Assembly (NCBI RefSeq): GCF_009914755.1
Contig: NC_060927.1
Origin: the human T2T-CHM13v2.0 reference genome, Homo sapiens
Strand: one strand, 5' to 3'
DNA length: 64,000 bases
A program made the translations under genes and the position numbers. Within the stretch, counting starts at the first letter, position 1, and the number at the start of each line of letters is the position of its first letter. Below the pieces are notes generated by a model. The model saw nothing but the letters and a program-made list of their open reading frames with translations, made no database searches and was not told the origin of the DNA. Positions 43,758 to 58,600 of the stretch are shown piece by piece.

Positions 43758-45297
43758 TTTTCGTGGAGTCTTTGAGTTTCCCATATATAAGACCATGTTG
43801 TCTGCAAACAGGAACAATTTGACTTCTTTATTTTCTATCTGGATCCCTTTATTTGTTTCTCTTGCCTAATTCCTCCAGCTAGAACTTCCAGCATTATGAG
43901 GAAATATTATTAACAACTTTATGCTTCCAGTACCATGTTGAATACAAGCGGCAAGAGTGGGCATCCTTGTCTTGTTTCTGATCTTAGAGGAAAGGCTTTC
44001 CATTTTCCCCCATAAAGTGTGAAGCTAGCTGTGAGTTTTTCATGTATAATCATTATTGCACTGAAGTACTTTCCTTCTATACCTAATTTATTGAGAATTT
44101 TTATCATGAAAGGATGTTGAATTTTTAAAGGCTTTTTTGCATCTATGGAAATGATCATCTGGTTTCTATTCTTCATTCTGTTCCTGTGATGTCTCATGTT
44201 TATTGATTTGTGTATGTTGATCCTTACATCCCTGGGATGGAAGTCCACTTGATCATGATGAATGGTCTTTTTAATCTGCTATTTATTTTGGCTTGCTAGC
44301 ATCTTGTTAAAGATTTTTTGCATTTATGTTTACCAGGGATATTGGCCTGTAGTTTTCTTTTTATCTGGCGTCCTTGTCTTATTTGGGTGTGAGGGTAATT
44401 CTGGCCTCGTAAAATGACTTTGGAAGTATTCCTTCGTCTTCAATTTTTGGAAGAATGAAAATAATTGGTGTTCTTCTTTACATGCTTGGTAGAATTCAGC
44501 AGTGAAGCCAACAGCTGCTGGACTTCTCTGATGGATGATTTTTTATTACTGATTTAATCTCTTGACTCATTACTGGGCTGTTCAATTTTTTTATTTCTTC
44601 ATAATTAAATCTTGGTAGGTTGTCTATGTCCAGGAATTTATCCATTTCTCCTAGCTTATCCAATTTGTTGGCATATAATTGTGTTTATAACAGTCTCTTG
44701 TGATCCTTTGTGTTTCTACAGTATAAGTTGTAATGTCTCCTTTTTCATTCTCATTTTATGGATGTGAGTCTCTCTCTTTTTTTCTCAATTTATCAGCTAT
44801 AGGTTTGTTGATTTTATTTATCTTTTTAAAAAGCAACTCATTTCATTAGTTTTTTTCTCATGATTTTTCTAGTCTCTATTTTATTTATTTATGTTCTGAT
44901 ATTTATTCTTTGCCTCCTTCTACTAATTTTGGGCTCAGTTTAACTTAAGGGTCAACATTCGGTTGTTTATTTGAGATTTTTCTTCTTTCTTAATGTAGGC
45001 ACTTATTGCTATAAATCTTCCTCTTATAGCTGCTTTTGCTGTATCCCATAGGTCTTAGTATGTTGTATTTCCATTTTCATTTGTCTCAAGAAATGTCCTT
45101 AATTTCTCTTTTAATTTTATTGGCCAATTGGTTGTTCAGGAGTATGTTGTTTAATTTCCATGTATTTGTGAAGTTCCTCCTGTTATTGATTTCAGGCTTT
45201 ATATCCATAATGATATATCCCCTCCAACCATAATGTTGGAGGGGATACTTGATATGATACCAATTTTCTTAAATTTGTTAAAAACTTGCTTTGTGCC

Positions 45298-46084
45298 TGT
45301 CATATTGTAAAATATACATTTGGGTTTTGACCCTGTTTCCTGACACACAACTCCTAAAATCCTTAAAGTCTCCAAAGTGATGTCTTTTGTGTATGCTCAT
45401 TAGTTGACTGGTGGTTAGTAACTTCAGGATGGTGGCTGGTCACTGGGAAGACCAAGGCATGACTAGAGGGTTGACTTTCAGCCCCACCCTTCAACCTCTG
45501 GGGAGGGTAAACGTGCTGAAGGTTATGTTGATCACCAATGGCCAATGGCTAATAAATAATGCTTATCTAATGAAGCCTCCATAAAAACCCAAAGGACTGC
45601 ATTCAGAGAGTTTCCAGATAGCTAAACATATGGAGGTTACTAGAAGGTGGTGTACCCGGAAAGAGCATGGGAATTCTGCACCCCTTCCCACATGCCTTGC
45701 CCTATGCACTTTTTCATCTGTATCCTTTGTAATATCTTTCATAATAAACTAGTAAACATAAGTAAGTATTTCGCTGAGTTCTGTGAGTTGTTCTAGAAAA
45801 TTAATCGAACCAAAGGAGGGGGTCATGGGAACCGAGTCTTATAGCCAGTCAGTCAGAAGCACAGGAAAAATAACCTGAGGCTTGGGATCTAATGTTTCCT
45901 TCAAGTATATAGCATCAGAATTGAATTGAATCAGGATACAACCAGCTGGTGTCCACTGAAGAATTCATTGTTTGGTGTGTAGAAAAAAACAGACAAACAA
46001 ACTTTTGGTCACAGAACTCATCAGTGTTAATTGTTATGGTGTGAGAGCAAAGGAAAACCAATTTGAGTTGTTTTTCCACTCACA
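45298..46084. mobile_element. MER21-like solo LTR
   Basis: TG...CA ends; 'gacacacaactcctaaaatcctt' and 'agaccaaggcatgactagagggttgactttcagccccaccc'. Confidence 0.75.
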
Positions 46085-46410
46085 AAGTGGTCTAACATAT
46101 GATCTATCCTAGAGAATGTTTCATGTGTAGTTGAGAAAAACGTGAATTCTGTAGCTGAAGGATGGAATGTTCTGTGTATGTCTGGTAGGCCCGTTTGGTC
46201 TACAATGTAGTTTAAATGTGATGTCTCACTGAACTTTTCGCCTGGATGGTCTGTCCATTGCTAAAAGTGGGGTACTAAAGTCCCCTAATGTTATTGTCTT
46301 GCAGTCTATCTCTGCCTTCAGATCTATTAATACTTGATTTTTATATTTAGGTGCTTCAATGTTGGGTACATATATATATTTACAATTGTTATATGCTCTT
46401 ACTAAATTGA

Positions 46411-46608
<198 letters not shown>

Positions 46609-49600
46609 TGATGAGTCAGGTCTGGTGGTGAGAAATTCCCTCATCTTCTGTTTATCTGAGAAAGTCTCTCTCTCCTTCATTTCTTAAGGACAGTTTTGCT
46701 AGTTAAAGTATTCATGATTGGTAGGGTTTTTCATTTTTTTTTTTTTTCAGTACTTTAAATATATGATCCTACTCTTTTCTGGCCCATAAGGTTTCGGCTG
46801 AGAAGTCCACTTCTAGGTACATTTGAGCCCGTTTTTATGTTATGTTATTGCTTCTTTTCTTTTGCTGCCTTCAGGATCCTCTCTCTGCCTCTGATTTTTG
46901 ACAGTTTGATTATAATATGTCTTGGGGTAGTCTTACTTGGATTGAATCTGATTGTAGAGTTTTGATTTTCCTTTACCTGAATATTTTTATCTTTCTTCAG
47001 GTTTGGAAAGTTTTTTGCTATTACTTCCTTAAGTAAGTCTTCTATCTATTTATCTTTCTCTTCTCCCTCTTGAACTCCAATGACTCAAACATTTTGTTGT
47101 TTTGATGCTGTCTCACAAATCCTGTGAGCCTTCTTCATTTCTTTTCATTCTTTTTTTTCTCCTATGACTACATATTTTCAAATAACTTGTTTCAAGTTCA
47201 CAGATTCTTCCTTTTGCTTGATAATTCTACTGTTGATACTCTACATTGTATTTTTCATTTTTTTCATTGTATTTTTCAGCACTAGGATTTCTGGTTTTTT
47301 TTTAAATTATTTCAATCTCTCTATTAGATTTCCTTTTCTGGCCACTTAATATTTTCCTAATTTCATTGAATTGTTTCTCTGTGTTTTCTTGAACTTTGCT
47401 GAGCTTCCTTAAAAAGTTATTTTGAGCTCTCTGTCAGGCTATTCATACATCTCCATGTCTTTGTGGTTGGTCACTATCACTTTGTTTTGTCTCTCTGGTG
47501 ATGTCATGTTTCCCTGATGGTTCTTGATCCTTGTGGCCATGCTCAATGTCTGTGCATTTGAAGAAGTAGGCACTTCATAGATTGACTCTGTGTGGGAATG
47601 CTTTCCAACAGTAAGCTTTTCCAGAGATCCTGGGAAGACCTACTGGCATGATCCCTATGCCCCAGATCACTGTGGCCATTGGAGCACTAGGAGCATCCTA
47701 AGCCTAGTACTACTATGGCCAGGCTGGAATCCCTTGGCCACGAGATTGGTTTAGTGTTGGAATGCACCCAATGCCAAGTAGCCACTGAGGCATGCCTACC
47801 TCTGAGGTTTGTTCAGAGACCAAGGACACTCTAGTCAGCTGGCAGTGATGCAAGGTGCTGACTGAGTTTGCCTCACATGGGTTATAGGTTCCCACCTCGT
47901 GCTGGGGTGAGTCTGATGTCCATAGGCACCAGCCTGCAGTCAGGGGTCATTGGAGTCTTCCCAGTGCTGGATTTTACTCTGGTGGGCCCAGAGTTGGGGT
48001 CCAAGGCAAAGTTCTATGTTTATTTCCCCTCTTTCCCCCAAGTACACAGTATTTCTCATCACACTGTGCTGTCTAGAATGGGGTAAGAGGTGACACAAGT
48101 AATTTAAAACTGACGTCCTCTTCAATATATCTTTTCTTATTAATATACTTATAACTAGGCACTGTGTTCTCTCACTTGGTTTCTTTAGCTCTTGTTAAGG
48201 TATTTTCATGTGCAAATAGTTGTTCAAATTGATGTTTATATGGGGGAATGATTGCTAAAGAGTCCTATTCCACCTTTGTGCTCCACCCTCCAACCAATCT
48301 ATTGATTTAAAATAAAAGTGTTAAGGCAATTTTATAAAGAACTACAAGTTATTCAACAACACATGATGGAACAACTGGTTATACATATGCAAAAAAAATG
48401 AACTTCAACCCTTTACACATACACAAAAAAAATTACCTATAATTGGATTATTGGCTTAAATGTAAAAGCTAAAACTGTAATACCCCTAGAAGAATATATA
48501 TAAGAGCATCTCTGACTTTGACATAGGCAAAGATTTATTGGGACATAAGTAGAACAAGCCATGAAAGAAAATCTGATAAATTGGACATTAACAAAATTTA
48601 AATATTTTGCTTTTAGAAAGATATCATCAAGATAATGAAAGACACACCATACAGTAAAAGAAAATGTTTGCAATATACATATCTAACAAAAGACTGCTAT
48701 GTAGAATATGTAAAGAACGGTTACAATTCAATAACTTTAAAAGTCAATTAAAATCTGGGCAAATGATTTGAACAGACCCCTCATGAAAAATAAAAAGATA
48801 TTAAAATGGCCAATAGAGTCATGCAAAGATGTTCAATATTAGTAACCATAAAATAAATGCAGATATAAAACATAGTGAGATAATGATTACACACCTATAA
48901 GTATGGCTAAAATTAAAAAGACCAATAATAAATCCTGGCAAGAATGTGGAGAAATTAAAACTCTCATACATTACTAGTGGGAATGTAAAATAATGTAAAC
49001 TACACTGGTATATTTCTGGCAGATTTTTTTTCAAAATTCAAACATGTGCCCACCATATTACCTGTTCATTCCAACTGTATTTATCTAAGAGAAATGAAAA
49101 CATATCCACAGAAGACTTATGCATAAATGTTCATAGTGGCCTTATTTGCAAATATGTATTCAAAATTGCCAAAAAAACTGGAAACAACTGAAAGGTCAAT
49201 TAACAGTTAAATCAATCAATTATCCACACAAAGGAATACGACTCAATAGCAAAAAGGAAAACACAACATTGACAAATCTCAGAATCATTCTACTAATTGA
49301 AAGTACAAGATGGGCACAAAAGAATACTACATACTACAAAAAATACTGCTACTAATATAAAATGCTAAGTAATCTCTGGTGACAAAGAACAGATCAGTGA
49401 TTGCCCGCAAATGAGGATGAAGGAAGGGATGGACTAAAGATACATGAGAAATATTTTGGAAATGGTGAAAATGTTTTGTATCTTGTTTGTGGTGATGATT
49501 CACAGGTATATACAACTGCCATAATTTATTAAATTACATGTTTTAAACTGATGCAATTAATTGTACATAAATTATTCTTCCATAAAGCTGAAAGGAGATA

Positions 49601-52600
49601 ACTAAAAACAGCATCAGAAACATTGGGTTTTAACACACATAACATTAGAATATGCATCCACACAAATAAACACAAAACAAAATATAAACAGAGATCTTTC
49701 ACACTGAAAATAATGTTTTTTAAAAAATACTTCTATCTAAGTCAAAATCATCAGTAGAAAGAAGAATGTTTTCGTGATTTTACTACTAGCGAAACCTCTT
49801 ACTCACTTTGAGCACCAGAAGTTTCCTTTCCCAAATCATTATTGTCATATGCCTGAGCAAGCATATACACCCACACATAAAAACAGGCATGACCCTGCAG
49901 ACCCGTACTTCATGGAGGTTTCCTCCAGTGAGACAAAAAAAAAGGCTCTCAGAAACAGCACATGATTTTCTTGTCATGTTAAGCAGTTTTTATTTAATGT
50001 AAAATGCTGTGCTCTGCATGCTCTACTCTCTAAAAAAAACTTAGAGATAGACATTTCTGCAACGTCACCATTCCTGTTAAAAACCCCTAATTCGGTAACT
50101 ATTACTAACCAAAAGAGAGCAAGTATTATACCATACTTAAATAGTTAACATTGTTGCTAATATTCATGTATTATTTCTAATGATGGAGATGGAAAATAAA
50201 AAAGAAGTTCTGCCCTTTCCTTCAGTTGCAGGTCTTCCGGAGGAATACAAACAGATAAGTTAGGAGTCTGATAAATGAACTTCAAACTGAAACTCAACTT
50301 GGGGCAAAACTGTGGACTAACGAATGTGGCTATGACTTTATCAGATAACCATATTAGCTGCAAAAGAGAACAGTGTATAATGGTTTATTTTGACATTTCT
50401 ATGGACATTTCTTTATAGGACTTGGGGCCTCTGTGCTGGTACTGAGCTAAGTAGAATTCATTCTAATTGCTTATTGTAAACTTTACTGTGATTTAAATTT
50501 TAATGAATTTACTACAGTACTTCAAAAAATAGAACATAAAATAAATATACATTGAAATCTAAAAATATCCTGGCATTTTACCTGAGGAAAACCAAATAAA
50601 ATTATTTCACTCTACATTTGGTGAGTCAAGCTTTTAACCCTTGAAGTCTATTTTCTTTCAAACTTCAATAAGTCTCAAAGTTTCAAAGTTTCTTTCAAAC
50701 TTTAATAGATCTTCAAAGTTATTATAATGAATGTAGAGATGAACCACTATGAATTATGCATGGATTAAGCATTAAACAATTTCTAATGGCTTGAAAATAT
50801 GACTTTTACTTCTTCCTTTCTTGCTTCTTTCTTGAATCTTTTTAGATAACTAAACGAATTATATGCTCTCATTTTCCCTTCAGCAAAACATGTACTATCT
50901 TTCTTACTTTAAAAATAAGGAATTACTCATGAAAGGTATGCAAAGTACATTACAAACTGAAGCTTTAAGCCCACTGTAATTACACAGTATATATTTCTCC
51001 TAAAGATTCAGGGTTTCATTTTAAATGAATGCAACTTTGTAACTGAGATCTTATTCACAAACAGATTCAGAAATTCAAATTAGGCTGACAGAGCAACTTT
51101 TCTGTAGCTACACTAAGCATATGGCTTTTTCCTCATCACCAGTATGGTAAAGTCAATAGAACACAGAAACTTTTACTATGAATTTCCTGGAAAATTAATG
51201 TTTGCCATTGTAACAATATGAAATGCAACATGGTTTTCAAATGAAAACTCTCTCCTTCACATGTCTCACAGCATATTATCTTAATTGTTCTTCCTTCCAA
51301 CAAGGAAATAAGTTGAAATCGTAAATATGAGATTTGTTTTGTAAAATCATGTTTGTTACTTATGAACCAGAATTTTTCTAGGGAACAAACTATTTTGCAG
51401 ACATTTGAAATTTTAGGATAAAAGTTATTTATATTAAGGAACAACAAATACAAACTTAAACATGGATAAATCTCTAAAATAATGAATAAATGAAAGAAGT
51501 TATAAAATCATATACACAGTATGATTCCGTTTCTGCACCAATACCAAAAAAAGACAATATAAATGTTATTGTTTGGGATTCCACAAACACATGATAAAAT
51601 GTAAAGAAAAGCAGGGAGTAACTATACCTCAAAGGGAATAACTATACCTCAAAAGATAATGACTACGTTTAACGCAGAGGTTGGGGGATATAACTGGGGA
51701 GGAAATGGCAGTAGTCTGTTCTTAACTGACATAAGTATTCACAGTATAATTATTATTTAAAATGTATGTAAATCAAATGCAATATATATTTTATGTTAAT
51801 ATAAAAGAAAACTAAAGTACAAAGAAATACAAAAAGTACAGATTAGTACTTACTTTTTTATTTTTAGCATTTTAAAACACAATTTGAAGAATTGATTATG
51901 CTGTATGTTTCATGTTCCGACACTTTATGAAACTGATTTTAATTTTTAAACACATCTAGTTAGTAGCAGATGTGAACACCAAATTAGATGTTCAGCAAAA
52001 AAAAGAAAGGCGGGCGGTGAAAACTCAAAGTTCTGGCAGAGACAATTATAGAAAAAAATTTCAAAATTAAAATAAGAAAAGTGACTAATATTTTGGCCCT
52101 TTCATTTATTACCCCTGGAATCTCGCAGGGGTTACTTTCTAAACCCTAGTTGCTTCATCTACATATATGAGAATGTAGTATCTGATACCACTTGCCACTC
52201 AAATTCCTGGAGGGAAAGATGATTATATATGTCATTGATAAATACTATTATAAGAACTAGCTAGCCATGTGGGAAAATAAAACAAAATCAGATTCTTATT
52301 TCACTTCTCATACCAAAATAAAATAAATAAAAGATTTAAATATAAGAAACAAAAACAAAAGTACTGGAAGAAAATATAAGTAATTTTGTTGTTTTTGTTT
52401 TTTTTAATCTTAAGAGACAGCCTGACTAACATCGTTGTTTGCCAGACTGAGAGGTTTCCTGGGATGCAGGACATTCCATGCTAAAACTAGGAAAAAAGTT
52501 CCAGGCAAACTGATGCAGTTTTTCACCTTCAATTAAGAAATCTTTCTAATCCTGATATAAAACATGGAAACCATAAAGAAAAATATTGAGAAGTCTGACT

Positions 52601-53827
52601 CTAGAGAGAATTTGAAACTTCTGTATGACAAAAAAGAAAAAGAAAAATACATAAAACAATGTTGCCAAGCAAAAACCTGGGGAATGTTTGCAACATTTAA
52701 AACAAAGAAAGATTAATTTTCTTCAAAAAATATGCTGAAAACACATGAACCAATAAAAAAAGAGATGGACAACTCAACTGAAAAAATGGGCAAAGGTATG
52801 AACAGGCTGACAAAAGATTAAATATGTTAAAGGTGACACAGTAATTATAATTCTACTCTTTAGGTACAACATAGGGATAAAAATAAAACATACAGATGGG
52901 TTATAAAAAGAAAGGTGAGAAGTGTTTAGAAAAGTAGGAAGTTTCAAAACAACAATTCAATAATGAATTTGATGGAAGGACAAAATTTAGAAAGCAGTAA
53001 GTATTATGCTAATAAATTTGGCCCTACTTTTTAAGGCAATATAAAGTCTGTGGCAGTTATTAGGGTGTATTGCTAATAAAAGCCATCTTACTGGCCTGTT
53101 TTGTTTTTTGGGTTTTAATTTTTGGTTTTGGGAGTATTTTTTTGAGGCAATTACTGTCACAAACTCCAAAACTACTTAATGAAGACAAACATGTTCCCTA
53201 ACCTAAGGCAGATGTTGTGTAAATGTGTATCACTGATCACAAAGGACAATACATTCAATGGATATGTAGACACTGAATACATATGCATATTAACATATGC
53301 AAAGATATGTGTACCAGGATACTAATTCTAGCATTGTTTTCCAAAAAATCTGACACAGTTTTGAAACTGTAATTTAAAAAAACTGAAAACAACCAAAAAG
53401 CTGGTCTGTAGGGGGCTAATTAAATGTTATCAAATAATATACAAGAAGAGCTTTGAAAACCACAAAATATCATTAAATTGTCATTTTTGAATGCTTATAA
53501 ATGAAGATGCAGCACTAAGTACTTTACCTGCATCATTGGGCTTAATCCTTATTGCCACCCCAGACACTAGGTCAGGGATTATAGGTAAAATGTCCAAATT
53601 TTATTATTAATTGGCAGCTAACTTTTTAAAAAAAATTACATGTATCAGCTAAAGTGTCTGCAAGCCAGATATAACCCATGGGCTGCCAAATTGCAGTCTC
53701 TGATGTTAGAGAAAAGGCCAAAACTAGAGCCTTGAAAACATTTATAATTAGAGATCTCTTGGAGGCATTGCACTTTACAAAAACAGTGAAGAAAAGTAGG
53801 ATATAAATGCAATGCCACAAAGCCAAG

Positions 53828-56077
53828 TGATATGGTTTGGCTGTGTCCCCACCCAAATCTCATCTTGAATTCCCATGTGTTGTGGGAGGGACCTAGTAGG
53901 AGGCACTTGAATCATGGGGGCAGGTCTTTCCCATGCTGTTCTCATGATAGTGATTAAGTCTCACAAGATCTGACGGTTTTAAAAACAGGAGTTTCCTGCA
54001 CAAGCTCTCTTCTCTTGTCTGCTGCCATGTAAGATGTGCCTTTCACCTTCCACCATTATTGTGAGGCCTTCCCAGTCACATAGAACTCTAAGTCCATTAA
54101 AACTCTTTCTTTTGTAAATTGCCCAGTCTCAAGTATGTCTTTATCAGAAGTGTGAAAACAGACTAATACAGCAAATTGGTACCAGAAGAGTGGGGCACTG
54201 CTGAAAAGATACCCAAAAATGTTGAACTGACTTTGGAGGGTAGCAGGTAGAGGTTGGAACAGTTTGGAGGGCTCAGAAGAAGAAAGGAAAATGTGGGAAA
54301 GTTAGGAACATCCTAGAGACTTGTTGAATGGCTTTGGCCAAAATGCTGATAATGATACGGACAATGAAATCCAGGCTTAGGTGGTCTCAGATGGGGATGA
54401 GGATCTTGTTGGGAACTGGAGCAAAGGTGACTCTTGTTATGTTTTAACAAAGATACTGCCAGCATTTTGCTCCTGCCCTAGAGATGTGTGGAACTTTGAA
54501 CTTGAGAGAGATGATTTAGGGTATCTGGTAGAAGAAATTTCTAAGCAGCAAAGTATTCAAGATGCGACTTGGGTGCTGTTAAAGGCATTCAGTTTTATAA
54601 GTGAAGCAGAGCACAAAAGTTGATAAAATTTGCAGCCTGACAGTGTCATAGAAAAAAAAAATCCCACTTTCTGAGGAGAAATTCAAGCCAGCTGCAGAAA
54701 TTTGCCTAGGTAACAAGGAGCTGAATGTTAATCCCCAAGACAAGGTGGAAAATGTCTCCAGGGCATGTCAGAGGCCTTCACAGCAGCCCCTCCCATCACA
54801 GGCCTGGAGGGTTAGGAGAAAAAAATGGTTTTGTGGGCCAGGTCAGGAGTCCATATGCTGTGTGCAGCCTAGGGACTTGGTTCCCTGTGTGCCAGCTGCT
54901 CCAGCCATGGCTGAAAGGGGCCAACATACAGCTCAGGCCATGGCTTCAGAGGGTGCAAGCCTCAAGCTGTGGCAGCTTCCATGTGGTGTTGAGCCTGCCA
55001 GTGCATGGAAGTCAAGAATGGGGGTTTGGGAACCTCTGCCTAGATTTCAGAGGATGTACAGTAATACCTGGATGTCCAGGCAGAAGTTTGCTGCAGGGGC
55101 AGGACTCTCATGGAGAACCTCTGCTAGGGCAGTATGGAATGGAAATGTGGGGTTGGAGCCCCCACACAGAGTCCCTACTGAGGCACTGCCTAGTGGAGCT
55201 GTGAGAAGAGGGCCACCATACTCCAGACCCCAGAATGGTAGATCCATTGACAACTTGCACTCTGCCCCTGTAAAGGTCACAGACACTCAATGCCAGCTCA
55301 TGAAAGCAGCCAGGAGGGTGGCTGTACCCTGCAAAGCCACAGGGGCAGAGCTACCCAAGACCATGGGGACCCTCCTCTTGCATCAGCATGACCTGGATGT
55401 GAGACATGGAATCAAAGGAGGTCATTTTGGAGCTTTAAGATTTGACTGCCCTGCTGGATTTTGGACTTGCATGGGGCCTGTAGCCCCTTTGTTTTGACCA
55501 ATTTCTCCCATTTGGAATGACTGTATTTCACAATGCCTGTACCCCCATTGTATCTAGGAAGTAACTAACTTGCTTTTGATTTTACAGGCTCATAGGCAGA
55601 AGAGACTTGCCTTGTCTCTGATGTGACTTTAAACTGTGGACTTTTGAGTTAATGCTGAAATGAATCAAGACTTTGGGGAACTGTTGGGAAGGGATGATTG
55701 GTCTTGAAATGTGAGGACATGAGATTTGGGAGGGTCCAGGGGCAGAATGATATGGTTTGGCTGTGTCCACATCCAAATCTCATCTTAAATTCCCACGTGT
55801 TGTGGGAGGTATTTGAACCATGGGGGCAGGTCTTTCCCATGCTGTTCTTGTGATAGTGAATAAATCTCATGAGATCTGATGGTTTTAAAAATGGGAGTTT
55901 CCCTGCACAAGCTCTCTTCTCTTGTCTGCAGCCATGTGAGATGTGCCTTTCACCTTCTACCATTATTATAAGACCTTCCCAGCCATGTGGAACTGTAAGT
56001 CCATTAAACCTCTTTCTTTTGTAAATTGCCCAGTTTCAGGTATGTCTTTATCAGCAGTGTGAAAATGGACTATTATA
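53828..56077 (+). mobile_element. Complete THE1 (A/B-like) MaLR element: LTR 53828-54170, internal 54171-55747, LTR 55748-56077
   Basis: Two LTRs beginning tgatatggtttggctgtgtcc; perfect TSD ccaag (53823-53827 and 56078-56082); purine tract before the 3' LTR. Confidence 0.95.
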
Positions 56078-56423
56078 CCAAGTAAAGAGGAGGTTTCAAG
56101 ACAGGAAGAATCAAGATTAAATCATATGCAGAACAGTCTTAACCTAAGAATTAAGAAGCTTTGTGATTTGGTAACAAGAAGATCATCAGTGACCTTAAGA
56201 TCTGAAAGAGAGTAAGTTTAACAAAGAAGTACAAGTGGAAACCAGATTGAAAGGGGCTGATCAGAGGTAATGGAGTCAACAAATGTAGACTTAAGTCTTT
56301 CAAGAATGCTGACCTTGAAAGAATGGGAGAAATGAGACTGGTTTCATCCTTTCATGTTAAACTTGAAAGAGAGAGAGATGGGGCAACATCAGGAGCTATG
56401 AGGGATCAAGAAGATATTTAACA

Positions 56424-56795
<372 letters not shown>

Positions 56796-57719
56796 CTAAC
56801 TGGTCAGGCAGGATCCCAGAGGTACTAGAAGGAATGAGACAAAAAGCAGGTTTGCTTTTAAAGAGATTGATATTTCATCTCTGAGAGGCGAACAAAAAGG
56901 TTAAGAATTATTACAGACACAAGAAACATTTTGAGGAAGCAGGTTAACAAACACTTGTTAGTACCTACTTAGTGGCAAGTAGCTCGGCAGAGCTCAGGGA
57001 ATGGCAGCTTGAATGAGGCAAGGTTCCTGCTCTCAGAAACCTTACCATCTGTGGACATTAAAGAAGTCCACACTGGACAATGGTAAATCAGGAGGTGAGC
57101 AGCTGTCTGCAAAGGAAATGAGGATAGTTGGGGTGATGAGGAAACTAGGAAAGACCTAGAGCAGTGTTCTGAACCCTGGCACCCATCAGAAAACCCTGAA
57201 AAGACTTGTGAAAGTCTAGATCCCTATACACTGGAAAAGTCTGATTAAGCAGGCTTAAGCTCTATAGGCAATTTTAGGCTCTATAGGGAGTTCTGTCTGG
57301 CAACTACCTTAAAATCACTGGTTTAGAACCATCCCTGGGGAACAACTAGGGAAGAGCCAATTAAAGATAAGTAGGATAATTTTGTGAAGAATAAAAATAG
57401 CTAGATTTTATTATTGGGGATCTGTAAACATTTACCATTTGGACATTTTTTTCAAGGAATTATCAGCACCACAAAATGAATCATATAACCAGATATTCTC
57501 ATATTATGTAATGGATAAACCTTTAGGAAAAGGTAGCATTCATGGTAAGGTAACAAAATGGCAGAGAAAAAGAAAAGAAATTACTGAACACCTTAAAACT
57601 ACATAAACACATACTGGTTGGAAAAATATTTCTTCCAAATCACTGAATTTTCTCAAATAATATCCTTTGAACACATTCAGGTTTCCCCTATGTTGGTAGA
57701 AAAAAAAAAACTTTATTAG

Positions 57720-58600
57720 ATGCTTACTTCCCCTTCTAGCTAGGATCCCTTCTCCTTTCTTTGCTGCCTAACTTCTTGAATGAGTGGTCTGTGCCCACAG
57801 CCTCAATTTCCTTCCCACTCACTCCCTCCTCAATACCAGCAATCTCGCTGCTCCCACGTCTATCTACTCAAACTGCAATTTTCAAGGTCACCAGCCCTTT
57901 TATAGTCAAGCTTTTGGCCTCTTTTCAGTGCTGGTGTTCCTAAGTTGTTGATGGATTTTAACACAATTAACCACTTTCTTCTCCTTCTAAAACCCCTTTC
58001 CTAGCCTTCCCACTACACCCATGCATTCCCTTCTCTGTCTCTTTCCCTATCTTCACTGCCTCCTCTCATATATTTTCTACAAGCTATCTTTCTCCTTGGG
58101 CATCGTAATGTCAGTATTCACCAAAGTCTCAGCTGCTTTTTCTCTTTACACTTTCTCTCCTCTTGCTCCTTAACCCCTTGAACTTCAACTAGATCTCTAT
58201 ACAGGTGATTTCCTCTTGTTTTCACCACTCCAGTCATAGTTTAGCTCCCTCTGTCCTTCATTAAGCCTGTTTGACCTGCCTGGAATGTTTATCCCTCAAC
58301 TCTTCTTACCTCGCTGTTTCTGTTCATCTTCATCTTAAACATCACTTCCTTGGAGGAGCCTAACTTGATCCTCAAACCAGATTAGACTCACCAGTTACAC
58401 ATTTCTATGTCACCCTATATTTATCCTTATGCACTTGCGCATTGTTTAATTATTTGCAGTAATTGATTTAATATCTATCTTTCCCACCAGATTTAAATTC
58501 CATGAGAGCAGGACCTATGTCTGTCTTGATCAAATGTCCACAGCATGAAGCACAGTGACTGATACATGACAGACACTCTAAATTACTGGCTGACAGAATA
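57720..58600 (+). mobile_element. L2 3' region
   Basis: Pyrimidine-rich body ending 'ttccatgagagcaggacctatgtctgtcttg...gcacagtgactgatacatg', typical of L2 ends. Confidence 0.6.

Noticed and set aside
54381-55497. 80-, 159- and 250-aa ORFs as a host gene
   Set aside because: They lie wholly within the THE1 internal region.
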